Part shown: piece by piece, positions 28,939-38,791 of the stretch | Position numbering within the stretch: the stretch's first letter is position 1 | Layout: each line of letters opens with the position of its first letter | IMG/VR virus record: IMGVR_UViG_3300020048_000104 | Coordinates: 9,084-73,083 of that record | Direction: 5' to 3' (one strand) | DNA length: 64,000 nucleotides | Origin: a virus | Taxonomy: Duplodnaviria > Caudoviricetes | Position numbers and translations under genes: made by a program | Notes under the pieces: model-generated | Seen by the model: only the letters and a program-made list of their open reading frames with translations | Database searches by the model: none | Told to the model about the DNA's origin: nothing

Positions 28939-31900
28939 ATGGCAAACAAAAACTGTCCTTTAGAAAGCAATACTGAGTGGGTTGAAATGAAACGTCAATT
29001 AGGGTATGATTTAGCTGCATATACTTATGTAAAAAGAAAATGGGAAGTACCTCAACTTACTAATGAAAAAGAATTATCTAAGCGAATAGGATTTACTAAC
29101 AAAACAGTTAGTGAAAACAAATATTACGAGTTAAGTATTAAACTAGGTGGTTTTAATGAATTACGTAAAAATGCTCATTTCTTAAAGACTGTTAAAAAGT
29201 ATAGTAAGAATGGTAGAATGGTTCGTGATGTAGAATTACAGATGAATTATTTATCTATTGCTGAAGAACAAGCTAGAAGAATGATGGCAGCAAACAATCC
29301 TATTTACGAAGTTCCTGCTGATATTGCTAGAAAAGAAGAAGAGAAAAAAGCAAAAAAAGAAACACCTTCTCAAGTAAATCCTGGGTATTATTTAAAACCA
29401 GGAGATAGTAACTATACTGTTAGAAATGGTGAAGTTGTTAATTTAGCAGATGCTAAAACAATGGATGATGTAGATTATCTTATTCCTACTGCTAAAGATC
29501 CTATTAAAGATGCTGAGCAAGTACGTAAAAGAAAACTACAAAAAGAGATTGCTGTACTTACAACTAAAAGTAATAATGCAAAAGATTCTTTTGTGGTACG
29601 TTCTTTATTGACACAAATAGAATCATTAAAAGCTATTTTAGAAAAAGCAGATGAGCGTATTGGAGCAACAGAAAATATAGAAAAATATGATAATGTATTA
29701 CAATTTGCAGATTCTCAATTAAATGAAATAGAAGGAATATTAAGTGATGATGCAATATCTTCTGAGAATATTTTATACATAGAACGTATATTAAACTTAT
29801 GGGAGAAAGCAAGTAATTTTAAAGGAGATCCTTCTGAGCATATTATTTTAGATGAGTTTGAATTTCAATCAGATGAAATAAAAAAACTATTTAGAAATAT
29901 AGGAGCACGAGTAGAAGATTATCAAAGTAGATTAGGTGTTATACGTGAAGAACACGTGGTAGCTTTCATGCGTGAATATTCTAATAATAAAACTCTTACT
30001 AAAGAAGAAATATTTGCTGATTTTGCAGATAGTGGTACAATGAGTGCTTTGACATTGAATCTAGGTAGATTGGATGATCCTATTTTAAAAGTAATATTTT
30101 CAGCTGTTGAAGAAATGCATGTTAACGCTAGATTTGAAATCAATGAAGTATTCAAAGATATTGATTTAGTAACAAGTAAAGCATTACCTAAATTAAAAAG
30201 ATTATCAGGTAATAAAAATCCTTGGAGATTCTATGAACAAGTAACTAAAGATGGTTTGGGTACAGGTAAAATAGTACATAGATTTTCAGACGATTTCTTT
30301 AAGACAATTAAGGATTTGCGATACAAGGCATTTTATATGACTGATAAAAAAGGTAAATCTACTTCTAAAGCATCTGATGTGGAAAGATACTATAAGTGGT
30401 TGGAGGAAAACACTATTACTTTTGATGCTCGTAAATTATTTGATGATAGTCATTATGATGAAGTTGAATTTGATGATAAGTATTTATTTACTAATCAAAA
30501 ATATTCAGATGCTGAAAAACAAGCACATATTAATCAACTTAAAGCACAATTAGGAGAAAAAGGATATACTCAATATTTTGAATCAATTAGTAAGAAAATA
30601 GAATTATTTAAACGTGATAGAGCTGTTGCGTGGGGTAGCATTGTTAATGATTCTACTTTATCAAAAGAACAACAGGATGCTTTATTTACTGAATGGAATA
30701 TAGAAAATTCACCTTTTTGGAGTTCTGAATTAATAGAAAATCCTACAATGCGTAAAAAGCCAGGAGGTAAAGGATTTTATAAAATTGATAGTTCTCGTAA
30801 ATACACAGAACAAATACCATTAAGAACTACTAAATCTGGTAAAACTACTAAATGGTATGATGGAAATTTTGAAAAAATTGAAGCAGATGAAGATCTATTA
30901 GCATATTATAATGTAATGTTGAATACATTAAAAGATATGAGATCTTTACTTCCTGCTAACAAACGTGACTCAATGGGTATTACAGACATTCCTAAAATGA
31001 AACAGTCATTAGCTGATATGTTTGGAGAAAAAGGAATGAGGATGGGTGTTAAACCTTTTTGGGAAAGACTTCAAGAAATGTCTAAAACTACTGATTTAGC
31101 TAATACTACAACAGCAGATATAGATCCTCTTACTGGAGAACGTATAAATGAACAATCTTTAAGATACATTGAAGATACTACTGAAAAAGTAAATTCTATA
31201 GTACAAACTAAAATAATTCAACACAAGCAAAATACAGGAACTGTTCCTTCATCAGCATTGATACAAAAGTTTAAAGATGAGGCTAGAAATGAAGTATCAC
31301 AAGAATACTCATTTGATTTGACTAAACTGCTAAAAGCATATTCTACAATGGCATTAGAATATAAACATAAGTCTTTAATAGAACCTCAAATAAAAATGCT
31401 AGAAAAAGCATTTAAAAGTAAAAAAGAAATAATTACTAATAACTCAAGCAAACCTGTTGTTAAAATCAATAGTGACGGTACTGAAACAATACAAAGTAAA
31501 GAAGGATTAGCAAATGCTAAAAGTGCATTGGAGTTCTATTTAGATACTAAGATGTGGGGAACAGGAGGTCGTAAAGTAGAAGGTGTGAGTAAAAAGAAAA
31601 CTTATACTATTTCTGAAAAGAAAAAGAAAGCTGATTTAGAAGCGTTGTATGAAGCTACTTCTGATAGTAAAGAACAAGAACATTTACAATCAGAAATAGA
31701 TAAACTAGGAGGATTTACATCAGCTTCTGGTGTTGGTGATATGTTATTAAAATTAATGACTTATAAAGGGTTAGCTTATAACTTAGGTTCTGCTTTTAGT
31801 AACGTTGGTTTTGGTATTATTTCTAACTTGAATGAAGCATCTGATGGTAGAAACTATAATATGGCTCAAATGCGACATGCTTATTTACTTACTACTAACT

Positions 31901-33102
31901 CAATAGGTAAAAATTTATCAGGAAATAAATGGGATGGTGCTGGTAAAAACGCATTAAAAATTCGTACACTTATGGATAAGTACGATTTACTTAAAACATC
32001 AGATCAAGAAATATACGATTTAAGTACAAAATCTACACTGACTAAAAACTTAGGTAGATTCGGACCAATGAGTTTACAACAATCATCAGAGTATTTGAAT
32101 TATGCTCCTGTTATGGTAGCTATGATGATGAACGCTAAAGCTACAGATCCTGATGGTAAAGAAACTACTTTGTGGGATGCTATTGATGAGAATGGTGAGT
32201 TAAGAGAAGGTTATTCTGATGCTGGTTTAAATGAATCACGATTTGTACTTAAAGTAAAACGTGTAATTGAAATGAATCACGGTGATTATAATAATCAACA
32301 ACAAGCAAAAGCAACTATTACAGGTAGAATGTTATCTCAATTCCGTACTTGGATGTTTGAAGGATTTGCTAACAGATTTGAAAAACAAAAAGTAGATGAT
32401 ATACTGAGTTATAATAATAAAGATATAGATACACCATTTCTTAGAAAAGGTAGATATAGAAGTTACACAGCAGGTCAGTTAGCTACAGCAGGTGCTACAT
32501 TAGGTACTACTTTTATGCCTGGTATAGGTACTGTATTAGGAGGAGGAGCTGGGTTTTTAATTGGTAAATTTGCAGGAATGCAAACTGAGGAATCTGCTAT
32601 AAATGATACTTTGTTTACATTAAAACAGATGGCTAGAAAGCTAATGTTTAAACCTACTCAATTTCAGGATAGATTTAATGAAGTAGATGCTGCTAATATG
32701 CGTAAAAATATGACAGAGTTATATATGCTTATGACTATAGCAGGATTAGGTTTACTTATAGCTGCTGTAGGAGGAGGTGAAGATGATGATGAGCGTATGT
32801 CAAGATCAGCTAATTTCTTATTAAACCAAATGACAAGATTAGAAACAGATATAGCATTTTATACTAATCCTTTGGAATTTGAGAAGTTAACAAAAACAGC
32901 TGTACCTATGGCTCAATTAGTAGATGATACTCGTAAATGGTTTGTTGATGTATTCAATTTATTTGATGGAGATCCTGAAAATGATGTGTTTAGATCAGGT
33001 ATATTTAAAGATAAATCTAAATTGTTAGTACACACAGGAGAATTAATTCCTGGTATATCTACAGCTATTAAATTAGCTAGGTCTACTTCTCAAGTTTATT
33101 AA
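28939..33102 (+). CDS. Third giant virion (ejection) protein
   Basis: 1387 aa, helical, with C-terminal hydrophobic helices and motif MLSQFRTWM; last gene of the structural block as in crAss-like phages. Confidence 0.6.
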   Translation: MANKNCPLESNTEWVEMKRQLGYDLAAYTYVKRKWEVPQLTNEKELSKRIGFTNKTVSENKYYELSIKLGGFNELRKNAHFLKTVKKYSKNGRMVRDVELQMNYLSIAEEQARRMMAANNPIYEVPADIARKEEEKKAKKETPSQVNPGYYLKPGDSNYTVRNGEVVNLADAKTMDDVDYLIPTAKDPIKDAEQVRKRKLQKEIAVLTTKSNNAKDSFVVRSLLTQIESLKAILEKADERIGATENIEKYDNVLQFADSQLNEIEGILSDDAISSENILYIERILNLWEKASNFKGDPSEHIILDEFEFQSDEIKKLFRNIGARVEDYQSRLGVIREEHVVAFMREYSNNKTLTKEEIFADFADSGTMSALTLNLGRLDDPILKVIFSAVEEMHVNARFEINEVFKDIDLVTSKALPKLKRLSGNKNPWRFYEQVTKDGLGTGKIVHRFSDDFFKTIKDLRYKAFYMTDKKGKSTSKASDVERYYKWLEENTITFDARKLFDDSHYDEVEFDDKYLFTNQKYSDAEKQAHINQLKAQLGEKGYTQYFESISKKIELFKRDRAVAWGSIVNDSTLSKEQQDALFTEWNIENSPFWSSELIENPTMRKKPGGKGFYKIDSSRKYTEQIPLRTTKSGKTTKWYDGNFEKIEADEDLLAYYNVMLNTLKDMRSLLPANKRDSMGITDIPKMKQSLADMFGEKGMRMGVKPFWERLQEMSKTTDLANTTTADIDPLTGERINEQSLRYIEDTTEKVNSIVQTKIIQHKQNTGTVPSSALIQKFKDEARNEVSQEYSFDLTKLLKAYSTMALEYKHKSLIEPQIKMLEKAFKSKKEIITNNSSKPVVKINSDGTETIQSKEGLANAKSALEFYLDTKMWGTGGRKVEGVSKKKTYTISEKKKKADLEALYEATSDSKEQEHLQSEIDKLGGFTSASGVGDMLLKLMTYKGLAYNLGSAFSNVGFGIISNLNEASDGRNYNMAQMRHAYLLTTNSIGKNLSGNKWDGAGKNALKIRTLMDKYDLLKTSDQEIYDLSTKSTLTKNLGRFGPMSLQQSSEYLNYAPVMVAMMMNAKATDPDGKETTLWDAIDENGELREGYSDAGLNESRFVLKVKRVIEMNHGDYNNQQQAKATITGRMLSQFRTWMFEGFANRFEKQKVDDILSYNNKDIDTPFLRKGRYRSYTAGQLATAGATLGTTFMPGIGTVLGGGAGFLIGKFAGMQTEESAINDTLFTLKQMARKLMFKPTQFQDRFNEVDAANMRKNMTELYMLMTIAGLGLLIAAVGGGEDDDERMSRSANFLLNQMTRLETDIAFYTNPLEFEKLTKTAVPMAQLVDDTRKWFVDVFNLFDGDPENDVFRSGIFKDKSKLLVHTGELIPGISTAIKLARSTSQVY

Positions 33103-33111
33103 CGCAGTGTT

Positions 33112-33150
33112 AAAAAAAAGAGATGCGTTAATAGCATCTCTTTTTATTTT
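33112..33150. terminator. Bidirectional rho-independent terminator between the convergent gene blocks
   Basis: AAAAAGAGATGC-gttaata-GCATCTCTTTTT perfect 12-bp stem flanked by A and T tracts. Confidence 0.85.
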
Positions 33151-34831
33151 ATAAACTAATAGCTTTTATAACATTAGGAAATTCATTTCTGAATAACTCT
33201 AATATATTTAATGCTATTTCTCTATGTTCTAGTTGTGTATGTTCATCACATCTAATTTGAAAGTAATGAATCCATGATCGTAAACTTCCTTTCATATACA
33301 AAGTCGTACCTACTGTTAATGGTAATACCATTCTAGCACATTCTTTAGCAACTCCATTAGCAAGTAAATTATCATATAATCTTTGTCCTTCTGCTATATG
33401 GTTTTTTACCATTTTACTAGCACTAACATTATGAATAGTAGGATTAAATACTTCCATGCTAGATTGTCTATTTGTTGCACCAGCTCTTCTTAATTCAACT
33501 AATTCGAAATCTTGTACTTCAGAATACCTTTGTGAATTATGTACAATTATACCATTAGCTACATAATTATGATTTTCATTATAAATTTCTAAATCGTAAG
33601 TTTCTATTTCTCCAACATACTCGATTGATTCTATTATCTGCCACTCCACAGTTAAAGTATTACCTTTACTTTTCATTCTCCATTTTTTAGGATCTCCTGC
33701 GATATTATGTTTTTCATTGTGACATTTTTTACAAAGAACTTGTATATTATTCTTATCATAAGCTAATGAAATATCTTCAAAAACAGGTATGATGTGATCT
33801 AGTTCTAATTTTTCATTAGTTTGACAATTTTTACATTTATAATTAGACTCTATTAATTTTTCAGCTCTTATGGTATTACACCAATCTGCTATTTTCAATC
33901 TTTCTGTTCTACAACTACCTCCTTTGTATAAATTACTTTCACTACCTTTTTTAGCACTTTTTCTCATTTTTTCAATTGTTTCTATACTATGAGGTTTATT
34001 TTTATATCCGAATTTATTTTTATTCCATACCTCTGTGTATTGAGATACTTCTTTTTTAGTAAACCCTATATTATGTAATTTTAACCATTTTCTTATAGTA
34101 TGATAACTAACATTAGCACTATCAGCTATTCCTTGTACCCCAGTTTTATTTTTAATAACTATTGCTTTTTGAGCAATAAGCCATTCTTTAGATTGATGTA
34201 AAGGAATACCATTAGTGGCAATTATACCTTTTTTAGACATTGTTATTTTAGTACCATGTGTTTCTAAACCTATTATGTCTTCTAAAGAGTAAAATCCGTT
34301 TTTTGTTAAAAATTTATGTTCTTTAGTACATACTATTTCTTTTCCTCCAGATGTTATAATTTTAAAACAAGGCTTTATTCCTGTTTTAAACACCTCTTTA
34401 ATTCTTGACGTAGTAAATTTTTCACCATCATAAAATCTAACTAAAGGTAATCCATTATTTTTAGTATGATTATTAGGTTTTGATTGAAGATTATACAAAT
34501 GGCTTATTTTTCTTTTATACGTTGCTCCACTAGGTAATTTTAAAGTTATCATACTATCACCAGCTATACAAAATTCCTGAAATGAAAATGAACGATGTCT
34601 TAATATCTGTGCAGCAATAGCTCTACTTGTTTTAATTTCAACAGTAATATCTACCATTTCAAAAGGACTCCAATGCTTGTGTTTAATTAAATAATTTAAC
34701 AGTCTATCAGCTGTTTCCATATTTAATTGATTCTCAGGATTACTAACTCTAGCTGTATAAACAACTAATTCTTCAGGTGTAGACACTCCTTCTATAAGAG
34801 GCTGTGTCATTGAAATTATTTTTGTTTCCAT
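33149..34831 (-). CDS. thyX: Flavin-dependent thymidylate synthase ThyX, intein-containing
   Basis: HWSPFE, RHRSFSFQEF|SQRY ThyX motif split by an intein, KECARMVLP, LRSWIHY; about 215 aa after splicing. Confidence 0.93.
   Translation of the reverse strand: METKIISMTQPLIEGVSTPEELVVYTARVSNPENQLNMETADRLLNYLIKHKHWSPFEMVDITVEIKTSRAIAAQILRHRSFSFQEFCIAGDSMITLKLPSGATYKRKISHLYNLQSKPNNHTKNNGLPLVRFYDGEKFTTSRIKEVFKTGIKPCFKIITSGGKEIVCTKEHKFLTKNGFYSLEDIIGLETHGTKITMSKKGIIATNGIPLHQSKEWLIAQKAIVIKNKTGVQGIADSANVSYHTIRKWLKLHNIGFTKKEVSQYTEVWNKNKFGYKNKPHSIETIEKMRKSAKKGSESNLYKGGSCRTERLKIADWCNTIRAEKLIESNYKCKNCQTNEKLELDHIIPVFEDISLAYDKNNIQVLCKKCHNEKHNIAGDPKKWRMKSKGNTLTVEWQIIESIEYVGEIETYDLEIYNENHNYVANGIIVHNSQRYSEVQDFELVELRRAGATNRQSSMEVFNPTIHNVSASKMVKNHIAEGQRLYDNLLANGVAKECARMVLPLTVGTTLYMKGSLRSWIHYFQIRCDEHTQLEHREIALNILELFRNEFPNVIKAISL
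33536..34570 (-). mobile_element. Intein with HNH endonuclease in thyX
   Basis: Starts CIAGDSMITL and ends HNYVANGIIVHN followed by Ser; internal CKNC...LELDHIIP...NIQVLCKKCHNEKH; 345 aa. Confidence 0.92.
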
Positions 34832-34842
34832 ATATTATTTTA

Positions 34843-36003
34843 TTACATATCTACTGATTCTCTCATTCTTATGAATTTAGGGAATCTTAACTTATTACTA
34901 TTTGTATATCCAAAGTATTGAAATGTAGCTCTTTTACCTTCAAATTCATCTTTATAACGTAACATGTATCTAGCACGATCATGGTCAATACCTTTACCTA
35001 ATCCTGCTTCTTGCTCAGTTCCGTCATCTAATCGTATTTTCATTTTACCACATATTCCAGTATTAGTTCCTTCTCCTTCAATGATTTCTAATATATTGGC
35101 TTCCAGGTCATAAACTTCCTTACGTTTAAGTAATACTTTAGATCGTTTGTCTGGTTCATAAGGAGCATCTAATCTAAGAATAGTACCTTCATATCCTAAC
35201 AATAATGCTTTTTCATGCAACCTATCAAATTCTTCTTCTGAATAAACAGTTTTAGATTTACAATGACTGATGTTATCTTCATTAAACATAAGATGAAAAT
35301 CCTTATGAGATAATAAAATATCATTTCTTATAATAAATGATTGTTCAGGAATACATTTATTGAAAAAATCATAAATATGATATTCTACATGTAAATAGGA
35401 TAATTCTATGTCCTTATCTGTAGGTTTTTCTTTTTTGATAATTGATAACAAGTCTTCAAAATTATCTTTGAATTTATGACTGTATAATTCACCATCTAAA
35501 ATAATATCAGGATATACATCAAATATACCTTTCAACTGTGATTCAATATGCATACAATTTTTCCATATCTTACCTGTACGAGTCTTTAATACTATTTTAC
35601 CATCAATCATCATAGCGTTACATCTAGCACCATCTAACTTAGGAGAAACCCAAGCAGGATATGTTACTTTTGATTTCCATTCTTGCCATTTCATACCAGA
35701 AGGACATAACATAGGTCTGAACTCTTTTTCAATAGATACTGCTTCTTCTTTTGTTTTGAAATAACCTTCTCTAAGTTTTTTATCAACAGTCTGCTGAAAC
35801 AATACAACTGCTTGTTCAGCAGGTGTTGTAGCATTAGATTTACCGATGTTTTTAGCTTCTGTTTTAGTTAGTGTCCAGTCTTTAATCTTTCCTTCTTCTA
35901 AACCATCTCTATAACGAATACCGTTAAATATATCCGTTACTGCTTCACAATCCCAAACTCTTATTTTTCCTTTGGAATCTGTTTTGTACAATCTTATTAT
36001 CAT
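34843..36003 (-). CDS. lig: ATP-dependent DNA ligase
   Basis: Motif I SPKLDGAR, motif III ILDGELY, YHIYDF, motif IV YEGTILR, motif V LLKRK, and an OB-fold ending RFPKF. Confidence 0.92.
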   Translation of the reverse strand: MIIRLYKTDSKGKIRVWDCEAVTDIFNGIRYRDGLEEGKIKDWTLTKTEAKNIGKSNATTPAEQAVVLFQQTVDKKLREGYFKTKEEAVSIEKEFRPMLCPSGMKWQEWKSKVTYPAWVSPKLDGARCNAMMIDGKIVLKTRTGKIWKNCMHIESQLKGIFDVYPDIILDGELYSHKFKDNFEDLLSIIKKEKPTDKDIELSYLHVEYHIYDFFNKCIPEQSFIIRNDILLSHKDFHLMFNEDNISHCKSKTVYSEEEFDRLHEKALLLGYEGTILRLDAPYEPDKRSKVLLKRKEVYDLEANILEIIEGEGTNTGICGKMKIRLDDGTEQEAGLGKGIDHDRARYMLRYKDEFEGKRATFQYFGYTNSNKLRFPKFIRMRESVDM

Positions 36004-36536
36004 TCTTTATGTATTATTGATTTACCTAATTTATCTAATCCTTCAACAATATGCTCTACTCCTAAATTATTAGAATCTCTCATTTGTGTAATGTTTTTAT
36101 ATTTTTTACTTACACTATCAGCATATTCAGTACATATCTTTTCTAAATATTGTAAATGCACATCTGTATAGTTCATTTCTTTTACATCATTAGCTATACT
36201 TCTTGCTTTAGCGTAAGTCAAAAACAAAGCTGTCATTTCTTCATTAATTAGCCATATCTTATCAGAAAATTCTCTAAATGATAGTTGAAGATCTTTTTGT
36301 ATTTCTTGATCTGCTCCAACAAATGCTTTTAAAAACTCAGAACTAAATTTATCTATGTAGTTACCGAATAAAGGAAATATTTCTTTCAGTTCATGCTTAA
36401 TGTATTTAGATTTCTTTTCTTGATATAAATCGTCAACAATATCAAAATCAATAAGACAGTCGGCACATTTAAGGGCTATCCTGACAAGTCTTATTGTATC
36501 TCCTTTAGTAACATTTTTCCTTTTTGTTTTACTCAT
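36000..36536 (-). CDS. Hypothetical protein
   Basis: 178-aa ORF, ATGA-coupled in the operon. Confidence 0.65.
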   Translation of the reverse strand: MSKTKRKNVTKGDTIRLVRIALKCADCLIDFDIVDDLYQEKKSKYIKHELKEIFPLFGNYIDKFSSEFLKAFVGADQEIQKDLQLSFREFSDKIWLINEEMTALFLTYAKARSIANDVKEMNYTDVHLQYLEKICTEYADSVSKKYKNITQMRDSNNLGVEHIVEGLDKLGKSIIHKE

Positions 36537-37000
36537 AGTCTTGTGTATTCTATTTTATACAAATCATTTATACTTGAGTCAGCTTCTAGCTCATAAGCTA
36601 TCTGTGATGCTTCTTTATCATCATAACAAGTAAGTATCTTAGAAGTAAGATAATTATCGTTATCGTCTAAGTAAGTGAATTTGTAGTCTACATTTACAAG
36701 AATTGTAATATCATCTATAAATTCTAAAGCAGCAGGATTATAATCTATTATACCGTCTTCATCGTCATCTTCAGTAATGTAAGATGGTATGTAATCACTA
36801 TTTTCAAATAATGTTTTTACAGTGCATGAAAATGAACCTTGCTTTTTCAAATCTTCTAACATGCGTGATCCCCAATATATTAAGTCCTCTTCATCAGATA
36901 TAAACCAATTAATAAACCTACTGGCTAATATTTTCTTTTTTTCTCCATTCATATTTAATATTGTTATAAATTTCTTTTTCTTCTTCTGATAATGAATCAT
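36533..37000 (-). CDS. Hypothetical protein (true start probably later, MNGEKKK)
   Basis: Acidic ORF in operon orientation; its 5' end overlaps the upstream ORF in another frame. Confidence 0.6.
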   Translation of the reverse strand: MIHYQKKKKKFITILNMNGEKKKILASRFINWFISDEEDLIYWGSRMLEDLKKQGSFSCTVKTLFENSDYIPSYITEDDDEDGIIDYNPAALEFIDDITILVNVDYKFTYLDDNDNYLTSKILTCYDDKEASQIAYELEADSSINDLYKIEYTRL

Positions 37001-37334
37001 AAGTAAGATTTGTTAATACTTCGTAATTATGAGATTCACTATCTTCTTTTAAATAATAAGGCTCTTGTTTATTACCTAAACATACACCTTGATGAATATA
37101 AGGTTTACAATTATTTATTTTAGCTTTTGTTTGAAGTCCTAATGTAATTGCTAACTGTTCTTTTTTATATTCCTTGTACTTTATCTGTTTGCAATAAACG
37201 CATTGATAAGTACGTAATTTTATAATACCATCTTTTCGAATAGAATTAGCAATTACAAATCTAGTCAAAGGAAAATAATTACCACAGTATCTACATTGCC
37301 TCAGATCCCCAGTTGATAATGTGTTCTGTTCCAT
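36918..37334 (-). CDS. Zn-ribbon protein (CxxC...CxxC)
   Basis: CRYC...RKDG...CVYC resembles the N-terminal Zn ribbon of some phage endonucleases; no nuclease domain is visible. Confidence 0.45.
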   Translation of the reverse strand: MEQNTLSTGDLRQCRYCGNYFPLTRFVIANSIRKDGIIKLRTYQCVYCKQIKYKEYKKEQLAITLGLQTKAKINNCKPYIHQGVCLGNKQEPYYLKEDSESHNYEVLTNLTYDSLSEEEKEIYNNIKYEWRKKENISQ

Positions 37335-37992
37335 ATTTACTTATTAATAAATCATTACATTCTTTAAAAGAAATGCTACACCATGTAGCATGTTGTTTTC
37401 CTGCTGTAACAGGATGTACATCTTTGATAATTTCATTATTAGGACCTATCATTGGCAACAACTCATTATTTTCATCACCCCATATAATGAATATAGTACC
37501 AGGTCTATAATCATTAATAGCTTGTATTACTGATAATGTGAATTTATTCCAAGGTTTTTTATGTTCTCCTGTTTTAAACTCAGGAGCTGTCAAAGAAGTG
37601 TTTAATAATAATACTCCTTGTTTAGCCCATGATTGTAATGAAAAATCAAAATCTAAGCATAATGAATTAGATGTCTGTTCTACAGCTTTTCTAATCTCAT
37701 ATAATGCTATATTAGGATAATTATTAGCTACTTTAGTACCAAATGCTAAACCGTTAGGATTCATATCCCAAGCAGGATCTAATCCTAATATTACTACTTT
37801 CAAATCTTCCCACGGACATAATTTAAAAGCATTGAATACATCCTCACGAGAAGGATGTATTTTTTGCTTTCCATATTGTACATTTAAAAAATCTGTAAGT
37901 TTATCCATATAAGGACTTCTAAGTGTTTCCTGTAGAGCATTTACCCAACCTTCTCCTAGTTTCTCAACCCAGAATTTTTTACTTTGTGCCAT
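37291..37992 (-). CDS. ung: Family-1 uracil-DNA glycosylase homologue with altered specificity pocket
   Basis: HPSREDVFNAFKLCPWEDLKVVILGLDPAW, GLAF, SWAKQGVLLLNTSLT, FIIWG and HP motif; start at MAQSKK preferred over the longer ORF. Confidence 0.85.
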   Translation of the reverse strand: MAQSKKFWVEKLGEGWVNALQETLRSPYMDKLTDFLNVQYGKQKIHPSREDVFNAFKLCPWEDLKVVILGLDPAWDMNPNGLAFGTKVANNYPNIALYEIRKAVEQTSNSLCLDFDFSLQSWAKQGVLLLNTSLTAPEFKTGEHKKPWNKFTLSVIQAINDYRPGTIFIIWGDENNELLPMIGPNNEIIKDVHPVTAGKQHATWCSISFKECNDLLISKYGTEHIINWGSEAM

Positions 37993-37994
37993 AT

Positions 37995-38189
37995 CTAATG
38001 AATTGTTATTGTTACATTTTCTAAAATAGAATGATCGCATTCACCATAAGGAGTATTTAATATTCCTTTGTCTACTAAGGATTGATGAAAATCTACTATT
38101 TCATCATATCCGTCAATACCGTAAGGATAGTCAAATACATGTATTTCATTCTTTTCGTATTCTGTAATTATTAATTTACATTTTGCCAT
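37995..38189 (-). CDS. Small hypothetical protein
   Basis: 64-aa ORF tightly packed in the operon. Confidence 0.55.
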   Translation of the reverse strand: MAKCKLIITEYEKNEIHVFDYPYGIDGYDEIVDFHQSLVDKGILNTPYGECDHSILENVTITIH

Positions 38190-38791
38190 TATTCAAATTC
38201 TTTTGATGGTTTTAAAAATTTATGCATGAATACAGATTCTAATTTATCTAACGTTAATGTTTCTTCTGATTCATCCATAATAGTCCATACTTCATTATCC
38301 CCTAAATCTGCACCTATTTTATCTTCCCAAGCTGTTTTTAAAGATTTTGACTTGTTAAATATCATAGGAATAACAGAAGATTGGCTATCGAAATAATGAT
38401 TTTTTAGAATCATTTGTTTACCTTCTGGTGATATTTTAGAATACTCTCCATTAACTACTTTAGCAAAATCATCTATTCTCTCAGCAGGAATTTCAAATAC
38501 CATCACAAGTACACCGTGAGCTTCATAAGAATCTACAAATGTAGGATGTGATGATAATTCATTATAAAAATTATCAAAGTGAACATCTCTATAAGAACTA
38601 ATAATAATTGATACATGATTATTGTATTTTTTACATACATCATCGTATATGAATGCATTAACAAATCTGGATTTAATATCAACTCTGCTGAACGTTCTTT
38701 CATCATATACAAACTTTGATTTATTAATACCTAGTAGAGGAAATATGAAAGTAGCTGTTTTTGTAAAGTGTTTCTTTTTCTTAGTCCTCAT
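38189..38791 (-). CDS. Conserved crAss-like hypothetical protein
   Basis: 200 aa; TATFIFPLLG and GEYSKIS patterns; adjacent to the PD-(D/E)XK gene. Confidence 0.6.
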   Translation of the reverse strand: MRTKKKKHFTKTATFIFPLLGINKSKFVYDERTFSRVDIKSRFVNAFIYDDVCKKYNNHVSIIISSYRDVHFDNFYNELSSHPTFVDSYEAHGVLVMVFEIPAERIDDFAKVVNGEYSKISPEGKQMILKNHYFDSQSSVIPMIFNKSKSLKTAWEDKIGADLGDNEVWTIMDESEETLTLDKLESVFMHKFLKPSKEFE

